Shown: positions 13,400 to 27,984, counted from the stretch's first letter. The stretch: 64,000 nt of DNA from Epiperipatus broadwayi (GCA_028023455.1 JAQFVV010000007.1:17856001-17920000), one strand, 5' to 3'. The notes: generated by a model not told the origin, from the letters alone. Translations and numbers: made by a program.

Positions 13400-14720
13400 T
13401 TATAAAAAATGTTCAAGATTTTATACGCTGTAACTATATTTACGCTACCTTGAGGACGTTAAAATCTATTTTATAATAAATATATTTAAAAAAAGAATAA
13501 ATGAAAGAGTTTTTAGCTTAAAAATATACCTAGCAAAAATATACGTCCCTACTGTCAACTGTGCAAATAATACTTCACTACTCGTTAGTGCAAAATTATT
13601 TATTGGCATTGTAATAACGCAACGCTCCGGTGATTATTTTGCTTTACTTTCTCGGAGTATTAATATGTCGTTAAAATAATTGCTTATTTTTAAAAATGAA
13701 AGTTAAACCGCATTTCCTATGTAGAGTTGGTTAAAAGAAGAGCGAGAAAGCATTTAGCGGCGGCTCGGTTCAGATGTTTGAATAGGTTTTATCTTTCCCA
13801 GATAGTGTGAATGCAGGGGGGAAAGCTATCAGATAGGAGAAAAATATATTAAATTATATAACAACACAAAGTAACTACTGTGAAATGTTTTTATTGCAAA
13901 AATTAAAACTAAATTCCGCAATATTCTGAAAAGCAACAATGGTCATTATTTGATTTTTACGAGAAAAAAAAAATACAATTTTAACTAAATTAACTTACAA
14001 TATTATGTTCAGTTTAACAATTTTGTATTAGAATCTCAAATGACACTCCAAGCAACTGATTTTAAATAAAACAATGTCTTATCTTGGTACTTGTCTGAGA
14101 CTTATTATATATCCCAGTTTGCCTTAAAAAATTCTGATTTTTGTTTTTTTCATCCCCACTTTTGATCATTATATAAATTTGTTTCAGACGGGAAAACAAA
14201 TTTAAAAAAAAAGAAGTCTTGCATTGGTGGTCGAGAGGTCTGCGCGATTGCCTTGCACTTGCAGGCAGTTGCCCGGGTTGCGGGTTCGCGTCCCGACCGA
14301 TGCTATGATACCTAAAAAAAAAAAACTTTAAGTAAATAAAATAAAAACGAAGATATATAAAAGCAGAAAAAAATTATAAAATAATAATAATAATTATTTT
14401 TTAAGGATAACAATCAATGATTTTGTTATTTAGGAGTTCATAACGAAATTCGAGCGCCGGAAGTGACAAGATTTGGCGCGATCCATGGAGTTTAATTTAG
14501 TTCCGGAATCCACCTCTCTACTACTATATATACCAAATCAGATGTACTTAATCATTAAAATAAAAGAAATCAAAATTTTTATCTATCTGTAAAGATTTGT
14601 TATTATGAGCAATTTTTGTTTATATATGAATTTGCGTTAGTAAATTAATCGTATGGTTTTTGCTTGAGAGTTTATAAGTTCGAACACGGAAGTGCTACTG
14701 CAGGGCTGGAAGAATACAAT
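13400..14720. promoter_or_regulatory. CpG-retaining region, possible promoter
   Basis: Local CpG excess over flanks; CCGGAAGT at ~14457 and CGGAAGT at ~14688 (ETS-type motifs). Confidence 0.35.
14216..14325 (+). mobile_element. Short tRNA-Gly-like SINE with poly(A) tail
   Basis: GCATTGG/CCGATGC acceptor stem and GGGTTCG T-arm as in tRNA-Gly; near-identical copy at 59511. Confidence 0.8.
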
Positions 14721-14952
14721 TAATGACTTCATTTATCATAAATTTTAATCCTGTCTACCAATGAGATTTAATAGTTGTTTTTTTTTTTTTCTGTTAAATT
14801 GTGGTATAGCTTTGAACATATATAACATATAATATTTCTGATTAATAAACCTATTTTATTTATCTAAATTGTGCTTACTACTAATTATTCTTCTATATTT
14901 TTGAAATACAAACATAATTCAATCACTTGGAGTTTTAAATGTAATATAAGGA

Positions 14953-15518
14953 ATTTGAAGACAGACTTCCAAGCTCCCTTCAGCAATCCACTCTATCTCA
15001 TACAATCGATACCCATGACCACCCACATGTGAAAGAGATAAATAATCTCCAATATATGTATTTCATGCTGAACCAGCACTCAATCAGTTCGTCCAGGTCA
15101 TCATCTCCCCTACCCACACATATAATTAGTGGTCGGTTTATATTAAGGTAGCAAATTTTCCAAATTTTAATGGACAGGCTTCAGTTTACTCCACACTCAA
15201 ACTCTTCACTCATCAATACCATTGAAAACTAACCCAATCCCTTGTTTATGCCAATTTACTGTTATGCTCATGTTGACCTTAAGTCACTCTGACTAAAACT
15301 TGTTCATTAAAGTTTGAAGATTATCGTAATTAATTTAAACTGAGCAGTGAATATGTGTGTGTGGAAGATGTTGATCTGGATCAATTGATGTGCTGGTTCA
15401 GCATGAAAAATGTATATTGAAAATCATTTATCTTTTCCATAAATGTGGGGTCATGGGTATCAGTTGTATGAGACAGAGTGGATAGCTAAAGGGAGGTTGA
15501 AAGTCTGTGTTCAAAATT
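14953..15518. mobile_element. Long inverted-repeat element (~180 bp arms, ~200 bp spacer), MITE-like
   Basis: 14953-15130 is the reverse complement of 15340-15518; the left arm recurs at 63863-64000. Confidence 0.7.
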
Positions 15519-17429
15519 AACTATTTTTCTATAGTCATTACTTTTAGAATTTAAGAAAAACCTAGAATAGGTACATAGGAACAGCAGTCTTTTTTTTTTT
15601 TTATGAACTTCTAGGTACGTAATGCAGATTAGTCCATTTTTTTGCAACATCCCTTAGCTAGAAGACTTAGATTGTTCATTTTTTAGATAGCTGGAAGCTT
15701 TAATCAATGCTGGAATTTTTCCCTTAATAATCAGCTTATAATTAATCCACACGTGCATATACAAACTTTGTTATAATAACTGAAAAAATCTGTTTATGAT
15801 CATTTTTAAGATAAACCTATTTTTTAAAAAAAGCAAATAAACTTTATAAGCTATAAATGTAAAAAACTCATATGACTATGGGACTTAAGTATTAAGAGTA
15901 AGTAATGTATTACAATTATATTTTAGTTTATGATCAGAGTACTAACATTACTCGGACTAATACAGATTAACCTAAACACTGTATATATGGATGTAGGAAA
16001 GAAATGATTCATAAAATAAGATTTATAAAAAAATTATGTTGAGAATTTATATTTTAGAATTAATGGCCTCTTTAGAGATAAAAACCGATACATATCAAAG
16101 TATTGATTTATTAAATCAATTTAAGAATGCCTTGTAATATTTTGGAATGATCTGTAAGACCGATAGAGATATTATTAGCTTGCTAAGTGGGGTGATATTA
16201 AATCTATAATTGTAAAGGATTATCTAGTTTGCATTGCGGATGGGTCAGTGACTAAAAATAACAGACTTCATTAAAAAGTATTTTAGGCTAAACTGGAGCC
16301 AGGTTTTAATGAGATTCTGCTTTTGATGGCATAAACAGATCCTGTTTACATTATAAAGATTATCTAAAAAATAGCCTAAAGGTGAACAGGATTCATTGTT
16401 TTTATTGGAAAAAGACTGAAAATGGATTAAAATCGAGAATTAGAATTAAATAAGATATTAAGGATTAAAACATTTTTAAAAAATGACTGCAGAATAAGTT
16501 AAAAGGAATTGCATATATGACAAATAGAAAACTAGCTTATGATTTATATAAATGAAATTTGTATTTCATTGTGTTTTGTGTATTCATTATCTTTTTTAAC
16601 TTTGTGTTTTATCCTCCACCCCCACCCCCTTAATCTTTAGAGTTGGAATATCCATATAGTGACTATTGATAAAATATGTAAATACATAAATTGTAAGACA
16701 AAAAACAACAACTTCCTTTTCTATGTACGATATATCAATACCATTGTGCCATACCCTTTTGTAAGAAAGTCTGCAATTGGCTATAGTTGCACTCTCAGGT
16801 GTTTATATATCTTTTGCTGCCAGAAAATAATGTATTCTAGCCAAGATATAAACAAAATAAAAATATGTATTGTGTCTACTTTACTTACAATAGTTAAAGA
16901 AGTTCAGTGCTGTTAAGGTTAGTGAAATTACAAATACCACATGTTAACCATAGCAACCAGTACATTCGAGGAATGCTGTGAAACTTTTTAATAAAATCTA
17001 AACACTTCCAGCCACCTTGACTTGCCTCATAAAATATATGTTAATATTAGCCACTACTATCTTTTCCCTCTAAGCATAAACATGCCTGACTGCATTCTAT
17101 CAAACAGTGGGCATCATATGAAACTGTCAGAGTAATACCCAATGAGCATTAGTGCTCTGAATGTATCACAATGACCACATCTTATTATTTGATGCAGTTC
17201 ATTTTATATACAAACTTTCTTTTCTCACTGTGAACAATATTGACTTAGTTACATGTTTGGCCTGTTTCTGTCATTGGGTTTTACATTATTGTTTTTCATT
17301 GGTGAACTGTACTGTACATTGAATCTGATGTAGATAGTTCTACAGTTTGAATAAGATTATTCATTATTGAGGATAATTTTAAGATAAATCCACAACAGAT
17401 ATTAAAAAGATAAATACCAGCATAGTGCT

Positions 17430-18125
17430 TAAAAAATTTCAATCCAGTGCTGCCCTCTACAATATCATCAGGTTAGTTTCTAGCTTATAGCTTTGGCTCT
17501 TGGAGTAATGCATCTGGATTTTTTGAACCTTTTAATCTAGCAGCCATTTTTTATTTTATTGTTTTTCTATCAAACTATCAGCTCAAATTGATAAACATAT
17601 TAATATTTTTAATATCAGCTAATACACTTATATAGTCATATAGATCTAAAACCAATCCAGTATCTGCATATTATGGTGTTATTAGTTTTTTAATTATAGG
17701 TACCTCTATTCTTTGGCTAGGTTTGGTGTAGTGCCACATAACCCTATCTCATATATTACTCGCAGCAAAGTTGTTTAGTACCAATTTTGTTTCTCATTAC
17801 AATTATGACATATTATTCAAGATATAGTGATAAATAAAAGCCAGATGGTAGTACTTAATAAATCTCTATCCATTGCTGTCTTGTGTTATACTATATCACC
17901 AAACTAGATTTTAATTTGTGGCTTTCATCAATGAGAAGTTTTGGACCAGTATACCTGTACCTTCAGAATCCATTGCATTTTTCCTCTAGCAACTTGATAG
18001 TAAAAGATTCTTGCTAGGCAGGTCTAAATACACTACTCCAAGATCTAAATTTCCTTATTGATAAATGCAATTAAATTAGAAACTAGTTTTGTGATATTGG
18101 ATAGAGCAGGATTTATTGAGCACTA
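17430..18125. mobile_element. HHR repeat family A, old degenerate antisense and sense fragments
   Basis: tagtttctagcttatagc (~17475), ttgtggctttcatcaatgagaag (~17917), ttagaaactagttttgtgatattgg (~18077). Confidence 0.55.
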
Positions 18126-18249
18126 TCATCAGACATATTGATTTCTAAATCTCACACTAAGTGGCATAATCATGGTGGAAAAAAAAGAATTTACTGCTGA
18201 ATAGCACTGGATACACGTTATATGAGATAAGGCTAAATAATATAGAATG

Positions 18250-19100
18250 AAATTAAAATTCGAGATCGCAAGAATAAACAAATCTTTTATACTTGCAGGC
18301 ATTCTAACAGAGAGAGACAAAATGATTTTGACAATATACGGAAAAGGAAGTCGTTTACGCTGTCTTACATTTAATTTCATAGTGCTATATTTATTTGTAA
18401 ATATACAAACTATACATTATAATCAAAAATTGGAATTTATAGCGATATTATAATTTATTCTATGACTTTTGATTGACATTATATTATTAATTGATAGATT
18501 ACAATTTTTGTCAATTACTTATATATGCTAATTAATCCCAAACATAATGACTTCATAAGAAAAAAAACAAATCTAGATAATTAAATGATTTCATTTATTC
18601 TGAAAAAGGAAATGTTAACAAAATATTTTTTTGTTGTTGTTGTTTCTGCATTACGTAGCCACCATTGGCCAGTTTATGAATAAATAAAATATGAAATTGT
18701 ATAATATCAAGCAAATTTCCAATTTTTTTTTTTAATAAAATAACTAAAAGTAATAGATAAATTCATGGACAACATTTTATTTATGTATTTAAATGGCTCG
18801 CAGCCTTTATCGCAATATTGTGTTTATATTGTAGTATAGCCGGAAGTAATATTCCTGGCTATTTATCAATAACACACAATTCTGTAAATAAGTATAAAGA
18901 TATTCATGATACAATATATATGTAAACGTTTTGATACAATAGATCACCTGCATTATGGTTGGAAAACTGTGCAATTAACGTTTGGGAAGAAATGTCGTGT
19001 TTCCCTTTTCAGTCTCGTCACTTCCAGCCTACAGGTGTCTTTCCTCATGTGCAGTACAGTGATAATTGTAGTTAGAAGTTTTCTGCTCCAGGCTTGAGCC
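18250..19100. promoter_or_regulatory. CpG-retaining region, possible promoter or first exon
   Basis: Many CpGs; GCCGGAAGT at ~18840. Confidence 0.3.
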
Positions 19101-20597
19101 TGCTTCCTGCATTCAACTGTATTGTGAAAAACATAGTAATACAATTCAACATCTAACAGTTGTCTGATATTGTCTGAACATCTGAAAGTTGTCTGTATTG
19201 TCTGATTTTTCTCTCAAATGGATCTCAATATATAGCAAGATTCCTATCCTTACTCTAAATAACTAGTAATCTTTGATAACTTTTACAAATGCTGTGTTTT
19301 AAATTGTAATAAAGAATCCTGCCCTCACAAGTATCTTTATCAGAGCTCTCACTTCTAGAAACTTAAGATTGGCTCATATAATTATATTTGAATTCAGGAA
19401 TTAAGACAGCCACTTCTATTTCTTTATGACTGGAGCGAGAGTATCCTTATAGATTGAACATCTCTGCTTAATGCCGCTTGTGAGGAAAGGATAATTACTT
19501 TCTATAATTTATTTCAATAACTAAATTCATTGATCTAACTTTCCATTTGACCTGTTAATGCCAAAGACTATTTATTTTATTAGTCAGTTTTATTGTGAGT
19601 TGATTCCATTTTTGATAATATTGTAGTAAGGATAAATCCATCTGTTAAATTAGGATGAATTCACTACATGCAATGTATGACCCAATTAATGCGGTGTTTT
19701 TGTGTGTATAGTTAAAATGTGACAAGATTGTGATAAGAATATAAGCAATGGAAAATTAAGTGATGATTATTGAAGAATAATCGCTTGTTGTATTATCTCC
19801 AAAATGTTTCAACTCTGTCTTTGAATAGAGAACTATATATACTTAAATATAAATATGGATGAGCATTATAATGACACAAGGTATTTTATTGTTGTACAAC
19901 ATAGCTGTAAACTTTAATTTTTATTAAAGTTTATAATAAGAGTTACTGAACTGGAAAATAATGGCAATTATGGCTTATTTGCATTCTCTTATTTAGTTAC
20001 TATATCAGTTTTGCCTTTGGGCTATTTATTTATTTAATGCATAATTTTTTTTAAACATCTTAACTATTGGCTAGATACCATAAAGGAACCTGTAGAGATT
20101 CCCAATCAGAGATAGATTTTTTATTATATTCTTTATTTCTGTCATATAGCCATAACTTAGACAGTCATTAATTATGTGTTTCATGCATTGGTTTTGTTCA
20201 TGTCTATATCGATCAGGGACATATAAATTATATTTAAAAAGCAAATAAACACAGAGGTTGTTCTGAATCTGTTAATCAGATTGTTTAGAAAGATTCAATC
20301 CAGTTGCCTATATTGTTGGATCTGGAAAAGGAAATTTGTTTGGAATCTCATAAGTATTTTATTTTTATGCCATAATTCCTGTTTTACAGATTGTTAGTTG
20401 AACATCCAAAAAGGAAATTATGATTTGAGACAAGTCTTAGGAAGGTATTATATCTTCTTTTATTGAAAAATTCAATTTACTTAACAGCCTTTTATACATT
20501 TTCTATAAGACAATCTTTCTTTTAATATATGGTGGAGGAGTTTGTGAAAAAACAAGAAACTATTGCTAAGGAATAAAATTGAATACTGTTTCTCATA

Positions 20598-20962
20598 GAA
20601 TATAATGAGCATTCTAATAGCTCTAAACAAGCTTTTCTGACAAATGCCAGAAGAAAAAGCATTAAAAATCTCTATCTAGAATAATCCCATATCCCCAAAC
20701 CAGTTTCAAGCTGATGGCTCTTTTCAGTGAGGTGCTAGGATATTCAGACACTAGATCTAAAATACAAACTCACGCCCAGCAGTTATCGAATATTTAACTA
20801 TTAAGTAGAAAGTGTTTGAATATTCTAGCACTTTACTTACGATAGCCATCAGCTTGAAACTGATTTGGGAATAGGGATAATTCTATATAGAGATTTTAAA
20901 TGTTTTTCTTCTGGCATTTGTCAAAAAAGCTTGTATAGAACTATTACCATACTCATTATATT
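20598..20962. mobile_element. Older family-A subfamily fold-back
   Basis: Arms of ~150 bp are reverse complements. Left arm reversed reads cctca-CTGAAAA-GAGCCATCAGCTT-GAAA-CTGGTT-TGGGGA; right arm has tagccatcagcttgaaactgatttggga. Confidence 0.75.
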
Positions 20963-22662
20963 ACATTTGTAGTACAAGCTTATTAACTTAAGTCATGCAA
21001 TATAGTATTTGATTTTCTTACTATTAAATGGCTGGTATACATAAAACTGTTAATATTGGAATATCCAGAAATCCTAGTAGAAGAACATTTCTCTAATGAT
21101 GACACAAATTTATATGTAAATAGAATAAACATATATGTATATTATTTAAAGACAGTGCAGATAATGTGTAGAAAATTTAAAAAGTAGAAAATTATGTTTA
21201 CAGGGTCATTTTATATCAACTCAAAAAAAATAAAAAGAATTTAAAGTCTGGAGGCATTTTGTAGACTTAATACTTCATTTAAAGAAAGAAATTTTAAATG
21301 CTTAAAAAAATTAATAACTGCATCTAAAAAATGAATTTATTAGTAACATGATAAAGAGCTTCAAACAAGCAATAACAGTTTAACACTCGGTTACTATTTA
21401 CAAATTTATTAAACAACATTTATTTTGCTATGCCCACAACCTGAGATTTGAATGAAAGCAGATAAATCATGAAAGTATTTCTGAATCACAAGCAGACTTT
21501 CAATTTCACTTTTAAGTAGCTGGATCACAACCTAAATAATCAATATAGCAGTGGTTTAGTAAATGGTATCTAACATTATTAGCTAAAAAGTAAAGATTCC
21601 AAGGTAATCAAAGTTGGTCTGATGAGTGTCAAAATACAGACCAGAAAACTAAAAGAAAAATACACCTCTAATATAATGTGGCATTTCATGGTTTAAAAAT
21701 GTTATATTCTTATCAAAATTGAAATCAGAGTTTATCTTTGTCTAAAGTCACTGGAGTATAAAAAAATACTGCTGTCAAATAGATATTAAATGTAAGCTAT
21801 AGAAATTATACAAAGGCATTGTGACAATGATTTGTGCATTTAAGCATACTAGATACAGAACCTAGAGTCTAATTTAGAATCAGATAAATATTGAAATCTT
21901 CTCAGATCAGAAACAGGCTTAGGAATTTTCTTTCAGGTAAACTTTTCACAACTGAATTAGTTAACATATCAAATGTAGTCAATGAATGGGAATCTAGTAA
22001 TTCTTAGCTAAAAAATAAAGGTGACAGGTCAATTTTAATTTATAAGATGGTTGCTGATGCACTAAATGTAAAAATAAGTATGATTGTAATAAAATGTTTT
22101 GGTTTGTTTTACTGAATCCTTCATCTCAACCTCACCATATCACAAACATCCACTAAAACAGAACATCAGACATCCTCTTTCACTGTGGATGCATTTCAAG
22201 AAGAATTTTTGCTCTTCAGGTGAGATAATATCAGACACCTACATCTTTATATCCACATTAACAATTTGCTATTTTTCATTTTATCACTCTCACACAAGAT
22301 AGATATAGTGGGTTAAAAGCTCTAAGCTTTTACTTTTAATCAAACACACCCTTCACCTCAATCTCACCCCATCATATGATCATTTATCAGTGCAGAAATT
22401 CACAACATCCACTTTTGTTTATTTATGTAATCTGTTAAAATATTATTTTGTATTAGTTTCACTAATCAGGAGAAATACATATACCAAAATATTTTCATTA
22501 TCATAGATTGTTATTGTTTTAATTCTATTGAATGTACATAATATGATGATGAACCATGAAACATATGTGCCAATTCGCATTTCATTGACGTGATATGAGA
22601 GTGCCAAAACTAAAAGAGATAAAATTAATTATAAAACTTCAATTATATATATATATATATTC

Positions 22663-22697
<35 letters not shown>

Positions 22698-22850
22698 CAT
22701 TGTGATGCAAAAAAAATAGTTCAATTAATACAGTTTAAGATACTCAAATTATAAATTAAAGAACTTCCACATGACTCAAAAACTGATGTCTACCATCTCT
22801 GGGATATGCATTGATTTTTTTACTCCATCATTTTTATTTTTTTAAGAAAG

Positions 22851-23030
22851 ATAATTATGTGGCTAGTTGCTGATGTTTGAGCATCCTAGGAGTACAAAAA
22901 GAAAAAGATAAATGTATGGCTAGTTGCTTAGGAGATGAGATGATGTTTGAGGATCCTAGGGGCAAAAAAAGAAGATAAGTATGGCTAGCTGCTCACGAGG
23001 TGGAATAAGGTTTGAACACCCTAGTGGCAA
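22851..23030. repeat. Three imperfect ~60-bp tandem repeats
   Basis: gataa..tatggctagttgct...tgtttga..atcctagg..caaaaa, three times. Confidence 0.75.
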
Positions 23031-23359
23031 ATGTACTACAACAAATAAATTTTTTTGTAAATGATTGTAATATGATAAAAAAATATTCTACATTAAACTG
23101 GAATATTATTTTTCCACTTTGTTTTAGAATTGTTTACTTGTCTCAGTAATGAATTTTATTTTTGTACATTATATAACACCAACTTTTTACAGTTTTTTGA
23201 ATAAATAATTTCAGATGAAATTATTATTAAAATGTCTCAAGATCTATATATAATATTTATTTTTCTATACAATATTATATTATATATATATTGGTTATTT
23301 AAGATGAGGTAGCAGATTTGATTCCTGGATAAAGCAATTACTTTTATAAGTTTAAAGTA

Positions 23360-26300
23360 TTTTTCACTTACGAGGTCAGACATACGAGAAGTCAACAGAC
23401 CAATCCAGTAAAATATATAACATTATAACTAGGTCCACAGTGACATACCTGAAGAGAAATCAAGCGATAGTGAACCTAGTTCAGATAAAACAGTAATTAA
23501 TTACATCCCTAATAACTATATGACAGAATGTGATTTAGAAGTCGATTCTACATGGTCTTCTTTAGGCCATGAAGAGGGGGAAAAAACTTCAAACTCAAGT
23601 GACTCAAATAAAAATGACTCCATGGAAAAAATAAAGAAGAAAAAAACAAAAAGTGAATGAAGAAGAGCTCGAACTCAATCTCTCCATCCAACTTGAGTTA
23701 AAGTAGTGATGAAGAACAGAAACAAAGAAAAAAAGATTCACCATCTCCAGAAACCAGCATTTGTCATAAGGACTGACAAAAAAAGAAAACTCAAGATCAT
23801 CAGAAACAAGAATATCAGCTTATATTGAAGGACCAAACTCTATAATCAATCAGACAAATCCCAGCAAGATGACTTATCAATCGAGAAAAATAAACAATAT
23901 ACAGAATATTCATTTAAATGGAACAGAGGGAAAATATATAATTACAATGATAGAATAGGAAATGGCTAATGAGTGATTATTAGGTCAACACAAGTTTATA
24001 TCATGAAACATGAATTAAATGAAGTTGAAATTCTTTGGAATTAATGTTCACGATCAAAGTTCATGCAATAAAAGATTGGTTAATTAAACATAAACCCAAT
24101 ATTATATGCCTGGCCAAAACTAAAATTTCATAACAATTCAAGTCATAAAATTCATCTAACCTTTCAAAATCTTGGTTATTTCAATTGCTCAACCTCAATG
24201 ACTGCAGCAAAAGGAGTGGTGATTCTAATCAATTCCAGATTAGACCCTCCTTCCAGCTTTAAAATATATCTTGATTCAAACTGTTTAATTATGCATTTAA
24301 CCTATCATCAATTCCAAATCAATCTAATCTATCTATATTTGAAAAATAATCAAAACCTAATTAGAAATATGATCAACATCATAAACTCAGCTATCACATC
24401 TAATCAATCTCCAATAATTATTATAGGTGATTTCTGCACAACATATGACAAATTCAATAAAAAATATGTCCACTGTCTCAACAGAGTGGTGATGTGTGGA
24501 GAAGGCCTATCCCCCAACAATGCCTTCTCCTTTTACAGATTACCTCTCTTATTGATCTTGTTTGCTACTTGCCCAGTTTGCACTTTAACATTGATGGGAC
24601 ACTCTGGACTGTCTCTTTCTCTGATCACCTTACTCTAAATATAGGCCTAGAAGTTGACACCAGGCAGGAAGTCATTGATGGAATGGATAGGACTATTAGA
24701 ATGCTACTCAAGCAAACAACTCCAGAAAAGCTTTTCTCTGAAGCCTACATCTGTTTCAATAAAATTGACATCCTGAAAATGCCGGTGGAGGAGGCTTGAT
24801 TTTCCCTTCACCGCCATTCTCCATTACATAATCAATAAAATTACCTTCAAATAAAAGGACTGATAAGATTACTTGCAGATCTGGATTTAATAGACAATGA
24901 AATTAGAGCAACCACACCATCCACCTCAAATACAGAATTTGTTGGATCGAGTTATTGCCCTCAAGAGCCAATATAAAGCATGACAGAGATCTCTGGCTGA
25001 ATATTTATCCATCAAGTGGAGAGATTTCTGTCAGACCAGTGGTGTTGGTCTAGTAATTACATTTGGTGGGCTCTGGGGTGAGGAAAAAGAAAGCCATACC
25101 ACATTTATTAACAATAAAAGACAAAACACTCATAAGCTCAGAGATGATAAATACTATTTGGCAGCATTTTCGAGCAAGGCTTCAATTGAAAAAGAGCAGG
25201 GACATCAGTGAGGCTATATATCTTGATGCAGATAATTCTCATGAACTTTGAAGAAGATACAGCTTAAGATTAGGAATCTCCCAGAGAGGATTCACCCAGG
25301 GGCATATGGAATACCTAAATTTTTTCTTTTTCATTTGGAAAGATTCTCGGCACTCATAATCAAAGCCATGATTGACCACTTTACAGAGGGATATAGAGAG
25401 ATTAAGAATTTATACCTAATATCTCTTGTCCCATTTTTAAAAAAGAGAGAGGAAGTCTCTGATCTAAACAATCTAAGGCTCATTTTGATGTTTTCCCTAT
25501 TAATAAAAATAATTAAGCAGCTAATCAAAGATCAAATACAAAACAAAATCTTCAACTTTAATTCTAAATATCAATATGCTAGGAAAGGGGAATTATCAAT
25601 TAATGCATCAGTCAAATGAGGCTCCTTCTAGACTATATTAGAGCCAAAAGAATGTCCAAATCAATTGCTGTCCAACTAGATATTGAGGCAATGGTCGACT
25701 CTGTCAGACCAAACATCCTGGTAGACATCCTCCAAGAATATGAGGTGCTGAGAGTTTACCTCAAAATAATTGCCAACCTATTAACAAATAGATTCATATT
25801 CATTACAATAAATGGTAAAGTCACCTCTGAGTTTGATCCTCTCATTTTGATCTCTCAGGGATATCCATTCAGCATGCTATTATTTATAGCATATATCAAT
25901 CTGTTGCTGAGTGAGATCGAAAAATCATTTCCGAGAGTATATGTGTTGACCATTGGACGAGAGATAAAGCACATCAGTTATATAGATGATGTACTTGTCT
26001 GTCTCCCTTCCAGAAAATATATACCCAAATTAGAAAAAATTATATCCAATTACAACAACAATTTCAAACAGAAATTTATCATGACCAAATCGGCCACATG
26101 GCAATTGCTAAATGGAAAGAGAATAAAAACAAACTTCATGGCAAATACGCAAAAAATTTTAGGTTTTGATTTTTACAAATCAAAGGGACTGATGAAGCAA
26201 CTAATTGAAGAAATACTACTAAGCTTAATATAAAAGACAATCACTTCACTTACCAGGCTATCTATCTCATTACAAGGTAAAGTCACACTACTCAAATCGC

Positions 26301-27413
26301 TGGTGTTCCCAAAAATTGCCTATTTCCTCACTGGGATGTTCCCATCCAAAAAATTCATTCAAAAAGTAAATGCCTTTTGTACTATATTGTTTTGGGGATG
26401 AAAGGTCACCACTATTAGTCTCTGAACACTGCAAACACCAAGAAGACTTAATGACCTTTCACTCCACTCCATTAAAACACTAATCATACAAAACAACTAT
26501 CTCTCACTATTTAATATAACAAACAATTACCCAACCTTATCACTCAAAGAAGACATTATGCTTATGAATCAGCTCCTACCAGCTAACAACAAGTGGATTG
26601 AATGTCTATACAAATATATAAAAGGTAATTGACTTACAAGAAAACCCAATCACAAATAAAATAAAATATTGGACAGCACATAAATTACTAAATGGAGAGA
26701 AACTCACAATCGACAGAAAATTGGACATCACCAATCAACAACTAATATATAAATCTCATTGTTGGTTCATTGAACCAAAGTACTAAGACTTTATGATCAA
26801 GTTATTTGGATTCCCTTTCCACAAATGCCTTCCTGGTACACCAAAAACATAAAGAAAATAGACCCTATGTGCCAGATGTGTGGCAGGAAAGAGGAATCCA
26901 TTGATCATATATTTATAGGATGCAGTAATCTAAATTACCATAGAACACTCATTACATGATGGTTAAACAATCCATTTGGGCAATTTATACCCATTAAAAG
27001 ATGCATCAAGCAAGGCATTTATACAGTAATAAGGCTTACAATTTTTATGTACTTCGCATTATGGTGCATACGATGTAAAATCAGTATCGGGAAATTGATA
27101 AATCTGCAGGGAATGGAACTAAGGAAAATCGTAAAAAAAAATCAAACAAAGAGACAATTTAATAGCTCAAGATTATTTAGTAAACACAACTTGGAAAAAC
27201 TTCAAGTAAAGAAGATGATTGCTAAGTCTACAGAATTAAACCACTGGGGAAGCATCTGCATACATAAAAATAGACACATTACAATGGTGTTATTTACATC
27301 TGAAAATGTAATGTAACAAGATAAATCAATTTATGTTATATTGTATTGGCATGTAATAACGAATTTGTATATTTGTTTGTATTGTATAATAAATTTCTCT
27401 TAATAAAAAAAAA
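23360..27413 (+). mobile_element. Decayed L1/Tx1-type LINE (APE endonuclease, RT, CCHC), A-tail
   Basis: AAKGVVILIN, IIIGDF, SDH (APE); LDIEAMVDSV, SQGYPFSMLLF, SYIDDV (RT); CQMCGRKEESIDHIFIGC at ~26871; aataaa...aataaaaaaaaa at 27388-27413. The 5' boundary is uncertain. Confidence 0.85.
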
Positions 27414-27984
27414 GTATTTTTATATATTATTTATTGTTTTCTGGAATTACAATTTATCAGTGATTAAAAAACAAAGTTCCGGAGTTCATAAGAAGTTTGA
27501 GCACCAAAATCGTCAGTTACAACATGAAGTGAAAGAAGAAAAATATTTTTGTTTGCAATTCTATATTTTCAAAATATAGGATTTAGATATACATTAAAGT
27601 TTTTTTAAAACAAATTATACAGCAATCCTCAGATACCTGGACTCATCATCATGGTAACAGTAACTGACAAACTGACAATGAATTAATAAAAGTTTTTTTA
27701 AAAAAAATCTGAAAATTAGTATTAATGAATTTCTTTTGATTTTACATGTACTTGCACCTACATGTGTGCAGTCACTAATTCCATGTCAATCTGCCAATTA
27801 ACTCATCTGATCTATTCAGTTAATCATAGTGTTGTTTTTCCTATATTCTTTCTAGATTCATTAATGTAATATACTTTGCATAAGTGCATTATTAATTCAA
27901 TTTAGCAGCAGAGAAATAAAACATCAGACAACATCAATAATATAAATACTTTACAAATAAAGAAAATATGCTACTTTTAATAAT

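Noticed and set aside
16200-16400. RNase H-like fragments (VCIADGS, TDPVYII)
   Set aside because: Only two short motifs in different broken frames; insufficient support.
20379-20435. Candidate exon (ttttacag|...GAAG|gtatta)
   Set aside because: Stops in all frames and no partner exons or recognisable protein.
21615-21650. CTGATGA...GAAA near 21619
   Set aside because: The pairing (GGTCT/AGACC) sequesters the core and does not give hammerhead topology; it lies in a decayed LINE-like region.
22851-23030. CRISPR-like repeat-spacer appearance
   Set aside because: The units are degenerate tandem repeats without unique spacers, the context is eukaryotic, and there are no cas genes.
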